64,000 nucleotides of DNA, taken from NCBI GenBank assembly GCA_000182565.2, contig KQ257451.1; one strand, written 5' to 3'. The translations under genes and the position numbers were made by a program. Below are positions 22,621 to 35,886 of the stretch, piece by piece; position 1 is the stretch's first letter, and every line of letters begins with the position of its first letter. The notes under the pieces were generated by a model. It was not told where the DNA came from and did no database searches. It was given only the letters and a program-made list of their open reading frames with translations. The stretch is from Spizellomyces punctatus DAOM BR117 (lineage: Eukaryota).

Positions 22621-24575
22621 TCACCACTGTCCTACACCCTGGGCTTGTGGTTGGGCCTGTTGCGTCTGTTGCTCAAACGCTTTGATGTTGGCGATGCGCT
22701 GCTCAACCAAGTAAAAAATATACTCATCGAACAGAAGGCGCAAAAGATGGAAGGATCCAAAACTTGTCGCACTCCGTAGCGTTAGATCACGCATGGCTAA
22801 CGAGCTATAGAACGCCCACTTGAGGAGGAACTGGCGCGCAACGTAAACGTAGCGCTGGGGATCTAATGACTCATCCAAAAAGCGGTTGACGACCGTTTCC
22901 AGCCAGTTTGTCCAATGCTCCAGCTTTCCCCCCGTCTGAAGCAATTGCCGAAAATCGATCTCCATAATTTGCATGATATCTGCTTTTCGACATTCACAGA
23001 CCCAGGAAGCCTGATCGCGGATGTTCTCGAAATCGATTCTGTTCCAATCAGTCAGCATCTGATTCACCTGATCTTGATTGTCTAGAACTGCGGCGGCTGC
23101 CTGCGCCAGATGATTAAGAGATGTGTGTCGGCGCAGCTGCTGAATGAATACTTTGGCCACTAAAGTAGAGTGATTACGTATTAGTCCCTCCATCCTAGCA
23201 CGTTTGAAACGAGCAACAAACCTTCAATTTTCCTGGAAGTTAAAAGCTGGGAATATCCTTCAAGTGCTTTCAGCATCCACCCTTCCAGTTGACGCGCAAA
23301 TTGTCGCACTGCTTGTATGATTTGAATTGGCATCATTTGGAGCACATTTGGAAGTAGAAGGTTCATGATAGTCTGGACCAGACACATACTGGTTACTGCA
23401 TGTTCAACACAGGGCAATTTAGATTCACGTCGACTTACATCGTACAATAAGGAATCGTATCTCCAAACGTATTCTACGATTTCAGAGCTGTTGACAATGT
23501 CACGGTCTCCAGAAGGAAGATTCTGCCAGTAGCTCTTGATAATGGTTTCCACTTCGTTGAACTTCATGTACTGGACGCTTTGCAAAATGTTCTGGCAGTG
23601 TTCCTTGTAGCCGTCCAGCAGTGCTCGGGCAGCTGTGTAACTCATCCCCGCTGGAATCTGCGATTCAAGAATTTCAGGTAGCTCTGGCATCTTGGCTACC
23701 AAAGCCTTGTCCAATTGCTGTTGGTGAAGACGGAGCATGTCTTGATCAATGACGAGGCCAGCTGCTGCGGGTTGAGCAAGTGCCTCAGCTTCTCTTCTGG
23801 CCACAACGATTTCCATGAGTTCTAACTGCAGAAGAAAGAAGCTAACGAGAATGCAACTACGTACCTCGCTTGTGCTGCTGCAACAATCGCAGCTGTCGTT
23901 TCGGCAGATCGCTGCATGGGAGTTGCTGAACTTCGAATTCGAATGTTACAATAATGATATTTCGATTTGCCACGAGTACCAAGTCGCCTAGTTTTGATAT
24001 CAGGGAACACCGTCCGAATGAGCTTGCCAAATGATGCCGAGTTTACAGGATCGATCCGATGCTCGAGACAATACGAACAATAGTGATCATATAGATTCTG
24101 TCGGGGGATACTGATCCCATCGCACGGTTCATAGTTCTCCATGAGCCAATGCGTCACCAAAATGGATCTCGCTTTATCTGCTTGTGGTCCTTGCTGTGCA
24201 GCCTTCTGGGCGAGCTGCTCCAACGAGTCCTTCGATTCTAACATCAGTCGGCGCATGTCTGATTCCGTTGGGACTTGGGTATCTCTAGCATTATCCGGAT
24301 TGCCCGGATGCTCATCGCCCGAATGGTCCCCCTCATCGTAGTGCTCCAGATCGTGCCCATTAGTAGCTCCTTGTGCAAGAACCCCCTGTGCGTTGGCTGC
24401 TTCGGTCACCAGCGGGGATTCGGCAGCAAGAGCCTGCGCAGCCGTCATTGCCACAATGTCCACCGCCATGTGATCCACTACTTGTGCCTGGAAAGGACAT
24501 TTGTTTAGAATAAGGCGGGTGTTCTGGACAAAGCACACCATGTGAGTGAGATCACCGAATCAAACCTACCTCCAT
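22621..24575 (-). CDS. RFX: RFX-family winged-helix transcription factor with dimerization domain
   Basis: DBD WLMENYE..SIPRQNLYDHY..PVNSASFGKLIRTVFPDIKTRRLGTRGKSKYHYCNI and dimerization region LRRHTSLNHLAQAA..FLLKWAFYSSLAMRDLTLRSATSFGSFHLLRLLFDEY. The first coding exon (ME, 24570-24575) is inferred. Confidence 0.95.
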
Positions 24576-25234
24576 AATGCTCCCGCCGCGCGCCGACCAG
24601 CGGCCTCCGATGGCTGCCCGCTCAACTCCTTCGCGTTACCGCCTCTTCTCCTACGTCTGTCTTGCTCGGGATGTTCCACTATCGGCCAGTGAAACCCCGT
24701 AGCGCGCCGATGTTGCGAGGTGATCCTTGTTCGGTGGTGGTTTCCACGCAACCTTGTTGTCCTGGCAAAACCAAAGCTTGCAATGGCTCTTCCAGGAAGA
24801 AAGTGATCACATGAGTAGTGGCGCAGTCGAACTCAGCACGGCGGAGATCCATTTGCAACGACGATATTCTTCGATATTGCATCGATCAAAGTTGCTTTGG
24901 GATCTACATTACTTGTTAGAACAACCGCTTACTTTGTAATATTCAAGCTTTTAATGCACAGAGTCTCAAAAGGACATATGCTGCTTGGTAGTGTACGGCT
25001 TGGGTGTTGCCAATTCATCCAATGACATGCCGTCAGTAGGAGTGACCAAAGCATTGGCAGGCATTATCTGAATGAAAGAAGAGATACTATTGCTGCATAA
25101 ACCTTACTATCCAAAGTTCCATGTTCAAGTGCTTTTCAAGTCCAGGTGAATGGAGCAAAAGTTGACCAACCCGATTAGCCGGTTCGAGTGCTTACGGTAT
25201 CCGCAGGTTGCTCATCAATTGTCCGCTCACCGTC

Positions 25235-26024
25235 ATGACAGTTCCCACCACACAATCTGCCTTTGATAGAACCTGCCAAACCTTCCTTTCGCACTCAAAA
25301 AAGATTGGCGATACTTGGCGCTGGGTAACGGTTCGTTGCTTCTCGTTTTGTACAATGCACAAAACGACAAGTGACGTCTTTGGTTACAGCCTGGCGCGTA
25401 TTTGGCCAAGACTGTTTGGGTGGTGGATAACAGCAATGAGGAGACTGCGAGCAAAGATGAAGAGGTAGTTCTTTTCAGAGTAATTGGCAGTGGATGGTGT
25501 ACTTGGCGTGATCTGACTTTATAATAGTCAGCCTTGCATGAACCCTCCGACCCGGCAATACTCTCACCAGCAAAGCCAGGCATTACGCTGGAATTCCACG
25601 TCATCTATTCAACCACATACGCATGCCCTGTTCTCTATTTCTGTGGCCACACCTCTGCCGGAACAGGGCTCTCTCTGGAGGATATCCGACAGACTGTGAA
25701 GGGGCATATGCCAGATTTAGATGAACAAAAGAGGACGGAGTATGACATGCCTGTTGTTTCACAAAAGGTTTGTTTTCCTTTTATTGCTGGAATGTGATAT
25801 CTAGGGAGGTCTTAACGTCTAGCATCCAGGATCACCCAATATTAGGGATTCCCTTCTACTTCATTCATCCATGTCATACAGCAGACGTGACAGCAGAAAT
25901 GCTCGAGGCATGTGATTCAGATGCCAATTACTTCGTTTTCTGGCTAAGTCTGGTTGGACAGTTGTTTTCTCCCTTGAGGTTGGTTGAGGTCGGGTATGTT
26001 ACCTCTGAGACTTGCTGTAGGTAG
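25235..26024 (+). CDS. ATG10: Atg10-like autophagy E2-type conjugating enzyme, spliced
   Basis: LEFHVIYSTTYACPVLYF and SQK|DHPILGIPFYFIHPCHT (catalytic HPC), then WLSLVG; short protein consistent with Atg10 rather than Atg3. Confidence 0.85.
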
Positions 26025-26179
26025 GCCACACAACACAGATAAAGTACCATTGCATATACTTTCCATAAATGCTGCACGGGACAACAACACCATGCTAAAA
26101 ACTCAATAAATTAATCATAAAGGCCAGAATTATGTACAAAACGCGTATCCACATGCAATAACGAAATCCACCATATCAA

Positions 26180-29100
26180 TCACATAAGATTCCATCGTTT
26201 CAAAACCGCAATAATGACATCCTTGGTAAACGGTTTTCCAACTGCTTCGTCAGCACCGACTTCTCGCAGCTGTTCTTCGGCCTCTGCGTTGCCCACCACC
26301 TGATTGGCCGTTGTGATAACCACTGGAGTTCCGCAGCCAAGATCCCGAATGGAGCGTGTGGCTTCGTATCCGTCCATGACGGGCATGACAATGTCCTATA
26401 ATGAGAGTGTAGAATGAGTACATTTGTCCAAACACGCGAACATAAGTCTTAAAATAATAAAATTTGTCCACGTACCATGAAGATGATATGATACCAATCC
26501 GCCTTCCCGGCAACTTTGCTCCTCTTGACCAAATCAACAGCTTCCTGTCCATTCTCCGCTTGATCTATACGCAAATTATCAGGCGGCAACATCTTTTGTA
26601 GCATCCGTAATAAGATGCGGCGGTTGATGGTGGAATCGTCGACGATCAGTATTTGTCGCCCACTGTGGTCGGGACGGCAAATAGGTACGTGAGGCGCCGT
26701 TATGATGGGTGCACTATTTGTGGATGGATGATCCATTGGTGATGAAAGATTGAGTGGGACTATGGAATTTTGCGGTTGTGTTTGGGTGGGTAGTGAATCC
26801 GTGACAGGTTGTTCATGGATAACAGGGGCAAATGGCGGTATTTGGAGCGATTCTTGGTGGTTAGAATGTTCTCCTTGTTTCTTCTCGTCGATTGTTACTA
26901 GTTCCAACAGACTATTCGCTCCTTGGTCGACCCGTGTCTGCGCCATGTCTGACAAGCTGGGAGTTTTGATAACGGGTAAGACTAACGCTGGTAAAGGTTC
27001 TGCACAATTGTCCGCTTGGAGGGTTGAAGGCGAGTTACCAGCCGTTCTCTGATCTCTCGTCGAGCCCTCACGTTTCGGGGGACGCCAACTTCGTCTCCGT
27101 CTCATATTTCCAAACGGCGTAACCTTCACCTCCAGCCCATCTTCAGGACGGTCGTTGACCCGTATCGGCAGAACAACTGTAAACCTGCTCCCTTTACCAG
27201 GTTTTGTGTCTACGCCAACCGTGCCGCCCATCAACGCGACAATTTGTTCCGTGATAGCTAGGCCCAGCCCACTACCGCCGTATTCTCGCATTGTCGATAC
27301 AGCTGCCTGGGCATACGGTCTAAATAAGGTCGCAACCACGTCTGGTGCCATCCCGATACCCGTGTCCCAGACAGAAATTTCAAGGAGGACCCATTCACGC
27401 CAATCCGGCTGCGGAGCCGACCACTCCTTTGGAGGGGTGTGATGTATGATCACTGTTGATCCATCCGTACAAGGACTGTCAAGGGGAACCGCCCAAGAAA
27501 CCGTGCCTAATGTCTCATTTCGAAGCTCTACCATTGGTGAAACGTCTTCACATTCTTCGTGTGGCAGAAGCTCGCGTTCGTGTTTCCCGTTCACATCTGC
27601 TGCCTCCAATATCTCAATCATGACTTCCTCCTGTAAGGTCTCCGGCCCCTCTTCTTTCCACGCCTTTTTAGCGAAGCGAACACCTCCCCATTGACATTCT
27701 TTGGGTGCCCACCAGCCAGTCACACAACGGACTTCTACTCCAATTTTGCCATTTTCCGGGGTGAACTTGTAAGCATTTGAAATCAAGTTGTTCATGATTT
27801 GCTGAAACCGCACCGGATCGGTTTCCACCCATTTTGGAACCTCCGGACTGATATTACAAGAAAACTCGACATCGTGACCCCGAGCCAGCTGTCTGCCACA
27901 TGAAAAGTTGCCTTCCAAGAGAGTCCAAAAATCGACCAAAACGTTCTCGAGGGACACCCGTCCTGCTTCGAACCTTCCTAGATCCAAAACGTCGTTGACG
28001 AGGGCAAGCATGTACTCAGAGGAGAGTTTTATTGCGTGTGCCGATCGGTGTTGTGAATCCTCAATTGATCTCATGGAGGAGTGACTAGGCCGCCGCGGCT
28101 GTGTCTTATACTCTGGCCCACGCTGCAAAAGAGGCACCTTTTCGAGCGATTGGGCTGTCACATCTCCTGTGGAATCCTCCTGTGACGAAAGAGGTGTCGT
28201 GCTCTCCTTGTGCTGCTTGATCGCAGCCTCTTTTCCCATGTCTTCCAATAAAAATTCTGCCATGTTGGTAATGGCGTGCAAGGGATTACGTAGTTCGTGG
28301 CACAAAAACGACAGAAAAACGGCCTTATCCCGGTCCGCCCCTTCCGCTCTGCCCTTTGCTGCATCCAACTTTGTCAATGCATCAGTCAATTCCGCGGTCC
28401 GTATCTTGACACGGTTCTCCACGCTCTGATACGCTTTATCTCTCTCCGCCAAGATTGTGACGAATGATAAAGCAGTGAAAATGAGCACAGACAGGAACAG
28501 CTGGATCCAGATCAACTGTTGAGAAATGGGAATGATCTGATCTGTGTCCTTGTGAGACTTGCTGAAGATGACCGCGGTGGTTGCCGCAGATAGTGCCACC
28601 AACATGGTGGAAAAAGCTGCACCAAAGACACCCAGGAGAGTGCTCATATACAGAACCCACGGGTAACATAAATAGAGTCCGACGATTGCTGAGAAAATAG
28701 ACCGGTCCAGAAAATACATGCTTATCGCAGGGCACGCGATGACGAGAACGGACAAAACTACGGATTGAATAAATCGTGAGCGCTGGTATCGTATAAAATT
28801 CTTGATTTTCTCCGGAGTTGTGCGTCCGATGGAAACAACAAGGGGGGCCGTCAAACTACAATGGAACTTATTAGGTACCTTGAACACCTGGAACACCGAT
28901 CCTATACGTACGCCATTCCAACAAAGTTCCGACCTAGCCATCTCAGATAAGCAGCATGGTATTCAAAAGATGGATTGATCAGCCACATGGTCATATAGCC
29001 ACCGCCGAGGGCAGTGATGAGAATTGTTAGACACCCAATCCCAAAAGATATCATCTATAAATCAAGATTTCAGTTTATTCTCGATGCAAGGATCGAAAGT

Positions 29101-30119
29101 CCGGGCGCACTTACGTGGGCTCTTTTGGTCAAGTCGATAGGACCAGGTTCTGTAAGGAGACTGGCCAAGGTAAATGTTGTAAAAGACACGAGCAGCGCCT
29201 CAACCGAGTTTACGATCGTAAACGCTAGACATATCTGCCACGGCCACTTCCATACCCAACTGTTTGGTGAACGTTAAAATTCGGAGCAAAACTAAATCCA
29301 AAGGAACCAGGCAGCAAAGTGCTTACTTTACAGTGTATATGCCTAGCGCCATCCAGAATGGGATCAGCCGCCGGGTATATGGTGATGAAACGATCATGCA
29401 GCCCTATGGTTCAGGATGATTTCAGATTCTGACATCAAGGTGGATCTCTTTTGCTGACGTACCACATATACTCCGTTGGGCGGCCAGAAAGAGGAATAGT
29501 CCTTCAGAGTATATTGCAAAGCTACATACGCGATGATCCACCAGAGAACAGTAGCAGCGATCGCGCTCCTCCACTGGAGACGCCAACAGTCAGATACATG
29601 CTGTTACCAGTTGCAATCACAGACAACATACCGGTCTCCACCAAAGTGGCCTTTCCGTAATTGAAGGAGGATATTCTAGTCCGCATGTTATTAACTATGT
29701 TGAAATGATTAGCAGGGCGTTTTACCAACAAAACATGTCTCTCCAGCGATACACGATCACAAGAGTATCACATTGCTGTAACGACTTACCAATCTTTTCC
29801 ATGATCTCCGGCGACTCCATCTGTTTTCCCCAGACCCAGTCGAGTTGGCATTGCCTGCACTTTCATGCCCTGGTCGGGACAGGGAAACCCTTGGAGACGA
29901 AACCCTTGCACTGTCCCGTCGTCGACTATCTGTTGTCGGGCGGGGTGCTGACCATTTCCATTGTGGCGGCGTAGCATCCAGCCGTGTAGGCCGTTGTGCA
30001 AGAGGCGGATTCTGCAGAATAGCAATCTCCTCCGTTCCCGAGTTGTCTGCAGCTTGAAACGTAGTTGCAGGGCCTGGCTCAGTGGACTCTGATGGAACCA
30101 TTGACAGATGTTTCGCCAT
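26180..30119 (-). CDS. Hybrid sensor histidine kinase: MASE1-like multi-TM sensor, HisKA, HATPase_c, receiver
   Basis: H-box FLSFLCHELRNPL (His 28297-28299), N-box NNLISNAYKFT, G1 WDTGIGM, G2 YGGSGLGL, receiver IVDD..FM|DIVMPVMDG..TAN..KP. N-terminal TM exons carry the FWPPNG motif typical of MASE1. The start codon is tentative. Confidence 0.92.
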
Positions 30120-31623
30120 TATATTACGGACAAGATCTAGATTATGGGGAATGAGCTACATAAACTTGGGTCGTCACTGAATCTCCAGTGTACCGTTTGC
30201 AATGCCAGCAGGTGCACTCTCTCAAACGACGGCATTCGGAGTTGTGAACGCCGACGAGACGGTGTTTGCGAGTGCAAACTGCCTACGTCAAAAGTGTGTG
30301 GTGGCCAAAAGGAACGGAGTCTGATGGAAGCCAAAAACTGTGAAATCTCGAAATCAAGCAGAATTCCTAGTTGGAAGTTGCAAAAGAAACAGTCCCCAAA
30401 TCCAACTTTAAATTGCAAGTGTCCATGGGCTTGGACCAGAACCGTACAAACTTCTGGAACTTTTCCGAAGGCCCGACAGTGTCTCACAAGGCATGTTTGG
30501 GTCATTTGGTAATTAAGAAGGAATGAAAAAGACCCGCGAACCAGTTGGAAATTTCATTTCAAAGCCCATCCCAAAAGGCTTTTTGCTCGTCGTCGTCGTT
30601 TAAAGGCAGAAAGGCTTTGGCCAACGGGGCTTTGCCAACGGGCTTTTAAAACAACTTGCTACGACATCGACTGCCAATCTTGGAGGGTTCGTTGATGGCA
30701 ACCGACTTCTTGGTTGGCGCCCCTGCTTTTTGGAAACTTTCATAGTCCACGCCCTTGGCTCATGGGCTGATCGACAAACTGGACAAGAAGATAGCCAAAG
30801 TCGGCCACAAGCCCCCTCTTCCCTCCTCTACCCCGACGAACGAGCGTATGCGATCACTGCGATGGGGCGAACATGGCAAAGATGGGAACCGGCTGTGGTC
30901 GCCAAACGGGCGTTTGCCTCCCATTGCTGTACAGATGAGGGATGCTGCCACATGACGCGTTGGATCCTTCCCCAACTTATTTAGGGGCAGGACAATCTGA
31001 AGGGATCCAAAGTAACAAAAAAAAACACACATCCCTCTTGCACATTCGTACTCTGTACAGGAAACTTGTTCAAGGAGGGAGGGGAGGGAGGAGAAATGGC
31101 CATGGCAACTTGACAACGTACGTCATGGAACAGAAGCAAAAAACGACGACGACATGAGAAAGGGGGGGACAAGGAGAGTCAGGCGAATTCCAAATGAAAA
31201 AAGGGACTGTCCAACCAACCAGTCGCCGTGTGAACGCCGCAAAAGTCACTTTTTTGGGATGCAAGCGAGGAGATCAAAGGAAAGCAATAATGGGGAATTT
31301 CATTTCAACTCCCCCCTTTTGGTTCCTGCATGAACAGCACCACTCACCACCCTCATGAACTCGTGCTCGCCGCCCCCCACAGAAATCAGGCGTCTGTCGC
31401 AATATCCTGTAAGCCCTTTTTTTTGCCTCGTTTTTATCAGCGACACAAGGCTTGGTATCCTGGGGCCCGTCCATCTCCTTTCAATTTTGCCAAAAGGGCA
31501 CGCTGCATGCACAGTCGCCATCTTGAGCATTTCGCGGTTTAAAACGACCGCACTTGGTCACATCTTCCCTGCAATCTGCAACCTGCTTTCGCAACGCCCA
31601 CTTGTCCTTTCCACTAATACTTT

Positions 31624-34600
31624 ATGAGTGCACCTCCACCGCTGCCAGCGCCGCAGCGCGCGTTCCCAGAGGGGAGCGATTTGAACATTAGCTGGTCGGC
31701 AGGACTGATTGCTACCAGCTATGTCGTCTCAGCTGCAGGAGCATGGGTGGCACTGGAACTGATCAGGTTAAGGACAAGCAATAGAGGATGGTTTAATTGG
31801 GTTTTACTCTTGCTTGCATCCTTTGTGACCGGAGGCCTGGCCATCTTCTCCATGCATGTAAGTGTGCGGCTGTTGAATCCCCGAGGGCTAGGAGATTCAT
31901 GTTAAAAGGTAACCTTTCTATTGGCCGAATAGTTTGTTGGAATGGCTGCCTTTCAACTTTATCATGCTCATGCATCCGTGAAAGTTTTCTTTGCCACGGG
32001 GTAAGGTGTCTTTGAAAATGCACAATGACTTTTACACTTGAATTCATTCTCAGCAACGCACAGATTGACTATTGGATCATTGATCGAACCCATTTTCTGC
32101 GTTTGCGTGGGAGTTTACATAACTGGAGCACAAGACAATCCATCAAATCTGCGATTGTTGCTGGGAGGTGTATTCGCTGCGCTCGGAATTTGCTTGATGG
32201 TATGCCGTTATGCCTTTCCTAGCAGATCCTTGATGGCATCTACTAATTCAGCGCCCTTTGCAGCATTTCACGGCAATGACAGCAATGCGTGTCGCAATTG
32301 ATTGGATTCCCGCACTTGTCTTCCTTTCGTGCCTTATCGCACTTTTTGCCACGACAACCGCACTATCTGTATTCTTCCGGTTGCGTGCCGTGTGGCAGAA
32401 TAGTCTTTGGAAACAGTTGGGCTGTGCCATGATCTTGGCAGGAGCAGTCTGCTGCATGCATTACACTGGTAAGATAATCGAGATGGAGCCATGTAAAATG
32501 TCGGCATTAATCTTTCTCTCAGGGATGGCCGCCGCAAATTATGCCATAGATCCAAATTTTCCACCACAGAGCGATGCAGTCACGCATGGAACCTTGCCTG
32601 TAAACGATGTCTTGCGGATTGGACTCGGTTTCTCGGGTTTCTGTGGCGTTCTTACACTGGGCCTTTTGCTGATGCGATTGCGAAACTATTACTATGGCAT
32701 CGGCGTTCGCAAAGGTCAATTAACTCTGGCCGTCCTACTTGTTGACTCGCGTGGTCATATTATGGTCGACAGTGAAGGCCACTTACCAACTCGAGCTGTG
32801 CTGGGAAACTTTGATTTCGACCCTGCGAGGCCAATGGCGCATCCAGCGCTGCTCTGGCTGCTAAAGACATCGGGTGCTTGGGACAAGATCAATCACTTGG
32901 CATATGCTTTCAGAAAACATGGCGGCAGAGTTTACAGACTGCTCCAGGTACGCAGATGGCGTTTGGTTACGGTGTGGATCGAGTTGCAAAACTGCATGGT
33001 GCTTACACTACATTGGCTGTATCCCAGGATGTGCTTGTGGATCGTCCAGATGGTGAATTGGCGAATCGCCGTATGCCTTTCTACCGTCTAGCGCTTGTAC
33101 ATGAGGTAAGATTTTGAACAGTCGATGTTGTGCTGTGCGTAGTCTCAAGCATCGGAAACAGGTTGTAACATTGTCAACATTCATGGGCATTCCTTTTGAT
33201 CGAATGGGCTTGATGTATGATACAGTCTTGGAGGCAAGAGATGGATGGGTGGGCCTTCTTGTAGACCATCTGGATTCATGTCGTGCTGGAGAGCTGGCTG
33301 CCAGAGGATTTCGTTGGGTAGGGGTCTTTTGCGTTCGCTGTGCAAGTTTTTCAGTATCTTACCTTTTTTCAATGACAGACCTCGCAAAAGCATGTCATCA
33401 CTATTCTATCCCGTCACCTCCGAGTGAGCGCTGGTGCTATCAGGCCTATCATTCTGGATGTGCCTGATTACGTCAGCACTCGAACCCGGCCGCTCAAATC
33501 TGGTCTGCATGCGGGCGTGCTCCTTGTTCACCCCAAGATAGGCAATTTTCAGATTATGGTTCCTAGTCGGGATCGCTCAACAATTCCAGAAGTGGAGCTT
33601 TCTCCGATAGCTTTTGGGGCACTGAAAGACAATGCCCGTCGGTTGAATGCGTACCTTGCCCCCATTCTCACTGGAGGTGGAGGGGAAAGTATGGTTATGG
33701 CTGATTATGTTGCGGCGTCCGAGATCTTGTCTGCATTGACGCGAATGGGAATTGGCATGGATCCCGCATCTGCACTGCCGCTAGAATCACTTACTCCACC
33801 TGAGAGTGTGCTTGTACTCCACCGTAAAACTAAACCGATGGATGCGCCTGGAGATTCTCCCAAACTCAATCCGCCAAAGAACGGACGAGAAGAATATCCA
33901 TGGGTCTCACGCGTTCCTTTTGGATCTTGGTCTCCATCGCCAAACTCAGGTGATGTGGACATACTCTTATTTATTCGGTTGCATTCAGCTGTTGGTGGCA
34001 AGTTCACCCCTCCCGCCGGTTTTACCCTCGTGGATCTTACCGTGTTCGAGGCGATGCATTATGCACGATGCTTTCCTGCGAGACTCCGTCGCATATTGGG
34101 CTTGGAAATGAATGCAGATTTGGACGAAATGATTGTGCCGACCCCACTAGGTCTTTTAGATTCTGGTGATTCCAAACGCACAAGTGCTCAAAAGGTGCCT
34201 ATATCCAACCTGTGGAGAGATTCTGTTGGCTCCAAAATGTCGGCTACCGATGGGACCACATCCCGAACGTTGAGCGAGGATAAACATGGACATGTGGTCC
34301 TCAATGTGGACGACATCTTGCGCGAGGGCCCGCCGGAGGATGTAGTCTCTCGGCCAGCCATGCCACATTCCGGGTCCAAAGGAACCTTGGTAAATCCTCC
34401 GGAGTCAACCCGTTTGTCACTGCCACGTCGCATGTCGTTGCACAAGCTGAAAAAGGCACTCGGATTCACTGATCGTAGCGCCAAAGACGCGACCAACGAT
34501 CATTTTGTACCCGACTTGTCCATAGATGCCACTCCTCTTGCAGAATTCCGTCCTCACTCTGAGCCATCTGGTGCCCTGAGTGACGATGACGAACCCATCC

Positions 34601-34818
34601 CCGATGCTTTGGGCCCCGAGGCTTCGCCGGCGGCCAATGCATGGCAGGCCGTACGTTGGGTCAAACTATATATTAACGCGGACTGGAGGCATTTGCTGAA
34701 CGCTGGAACGAAGAGCAATGGCATTGGCGGATTCTTATTTGGAGGTCCTAACTGGTCGAAAATGAGCATCAATGGAGAAGATGGTGGCCGCGTTTCCAGG
34801 AGCAACAGTGCAACATGA
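31624..34818 (+). CDS. MHYT-domain integral membrane sensor protein with long C-terminal region, multi-exon
   Basis: SYVVSAAGAWVALEL..GGLAIFSMH, GICLM|HFTAM and AGAVCCMHYTG give three MHYT-type repeats. Later exons (introns at about 32948-33027, 33106-33161, 33318-33378) join in frame to the 33424-34818 ORF. Confidence 0.88.
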
Positions 34819-35886
34819 AAAGAACCTGAAAGGGCGTAAACTTGATAATTGTGACATCGTCCTAAGTTGCATATTAACTACAGTAGATACTTGAATATTT
34901 GGCCTATATGATTATTATTTTAGTGATGGTAGCGTTCCTTTTTGTGTAGCTTGAAAGCTTGCGGGATATCGTATTTTTGATATAGTGATATGTTTGCGTA
35001 TATTGTAGATAGTAGTTAAACACAATTGAATTAATTAAACATGCCATTAATTGACCCTTGTGCAGTTGAGAAAAACGGATCGCCGATTCCTTCGCAAAGG
35101 GATGTCTATCTGGAGACATCCCGCGCAAACCTCACGGCGGCGACCATGGCTGGGCGTTAAATTTCCTTTATAAAAAGACCGTTGAGCGGATGGCCCTTCC
35201 AAGCCGTACACTCTCGTGTGCTAGCTGTGTGCGTACATTGGTTATCTTGAGCTTTGCCTGTTTTAAACCCGTTGGCTACAGCTTTCCATACGAGCTTCAG
35301 TAACGTTTGATGCAAGCTGTATCCCCACAGGTGGCTATACTGACATAACTTTATTTCCTTGTTCCTTACTTGACCCGCTAATTTGGGTGTCTTCAGGCGT
35401 TCATCCAGAGGCCAGAACCTGAAATGCACCAGAGGGCACCTTGATGCTATAGGTACGGATAGAATCCGTGCAGAATGAGAGGGAAAATCGCATCAAGATA
35501 TCATCGATCCTGCAGCCTCCTTGGTTTGGTCGGAACAATATGGCCGTTTCCTATGCGATTACGCAAACGCCAACATGTCGGAACGCGAAGGCATATCGAG
35601 ACACATGGTTGGCCAAACAGAACATAAGGGTGTATGCGAGGGTTATTTTGACCATTTAGTTCAGGTAGGACGGTGCATGACCTGAAGCATATCTCCGCAT
35701 CTGGGGACATATTATTCCTCATGTAGTCAGAGGGAAAGTCTAGATCCGCGTTCGTGAACCCCGTCCCTTATAACTAAACCGTAAGAGGTTGTGAAGCAGC
35801 TAGAAAAAAGGCGAACTTGGAAATTGGTGGAAAACCCTTTACCATTTTGACAGCCGCCGTTGGAGGCGACACATATCGATTATACA

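Noticed and set aside
30610-30650. Short direct repeat GGCTTTG(G)CCAACGGG x2 in the HK/MHYT intergenic region
   Set aside because: Only two short imperfect copies; no function can be supported.
31096-31109. RFX X-box-like ATGGCCATGGCAAC in the HK/MHYT intergenic region
   Set aside because: Only one half-site matches; too weak without conservation data.
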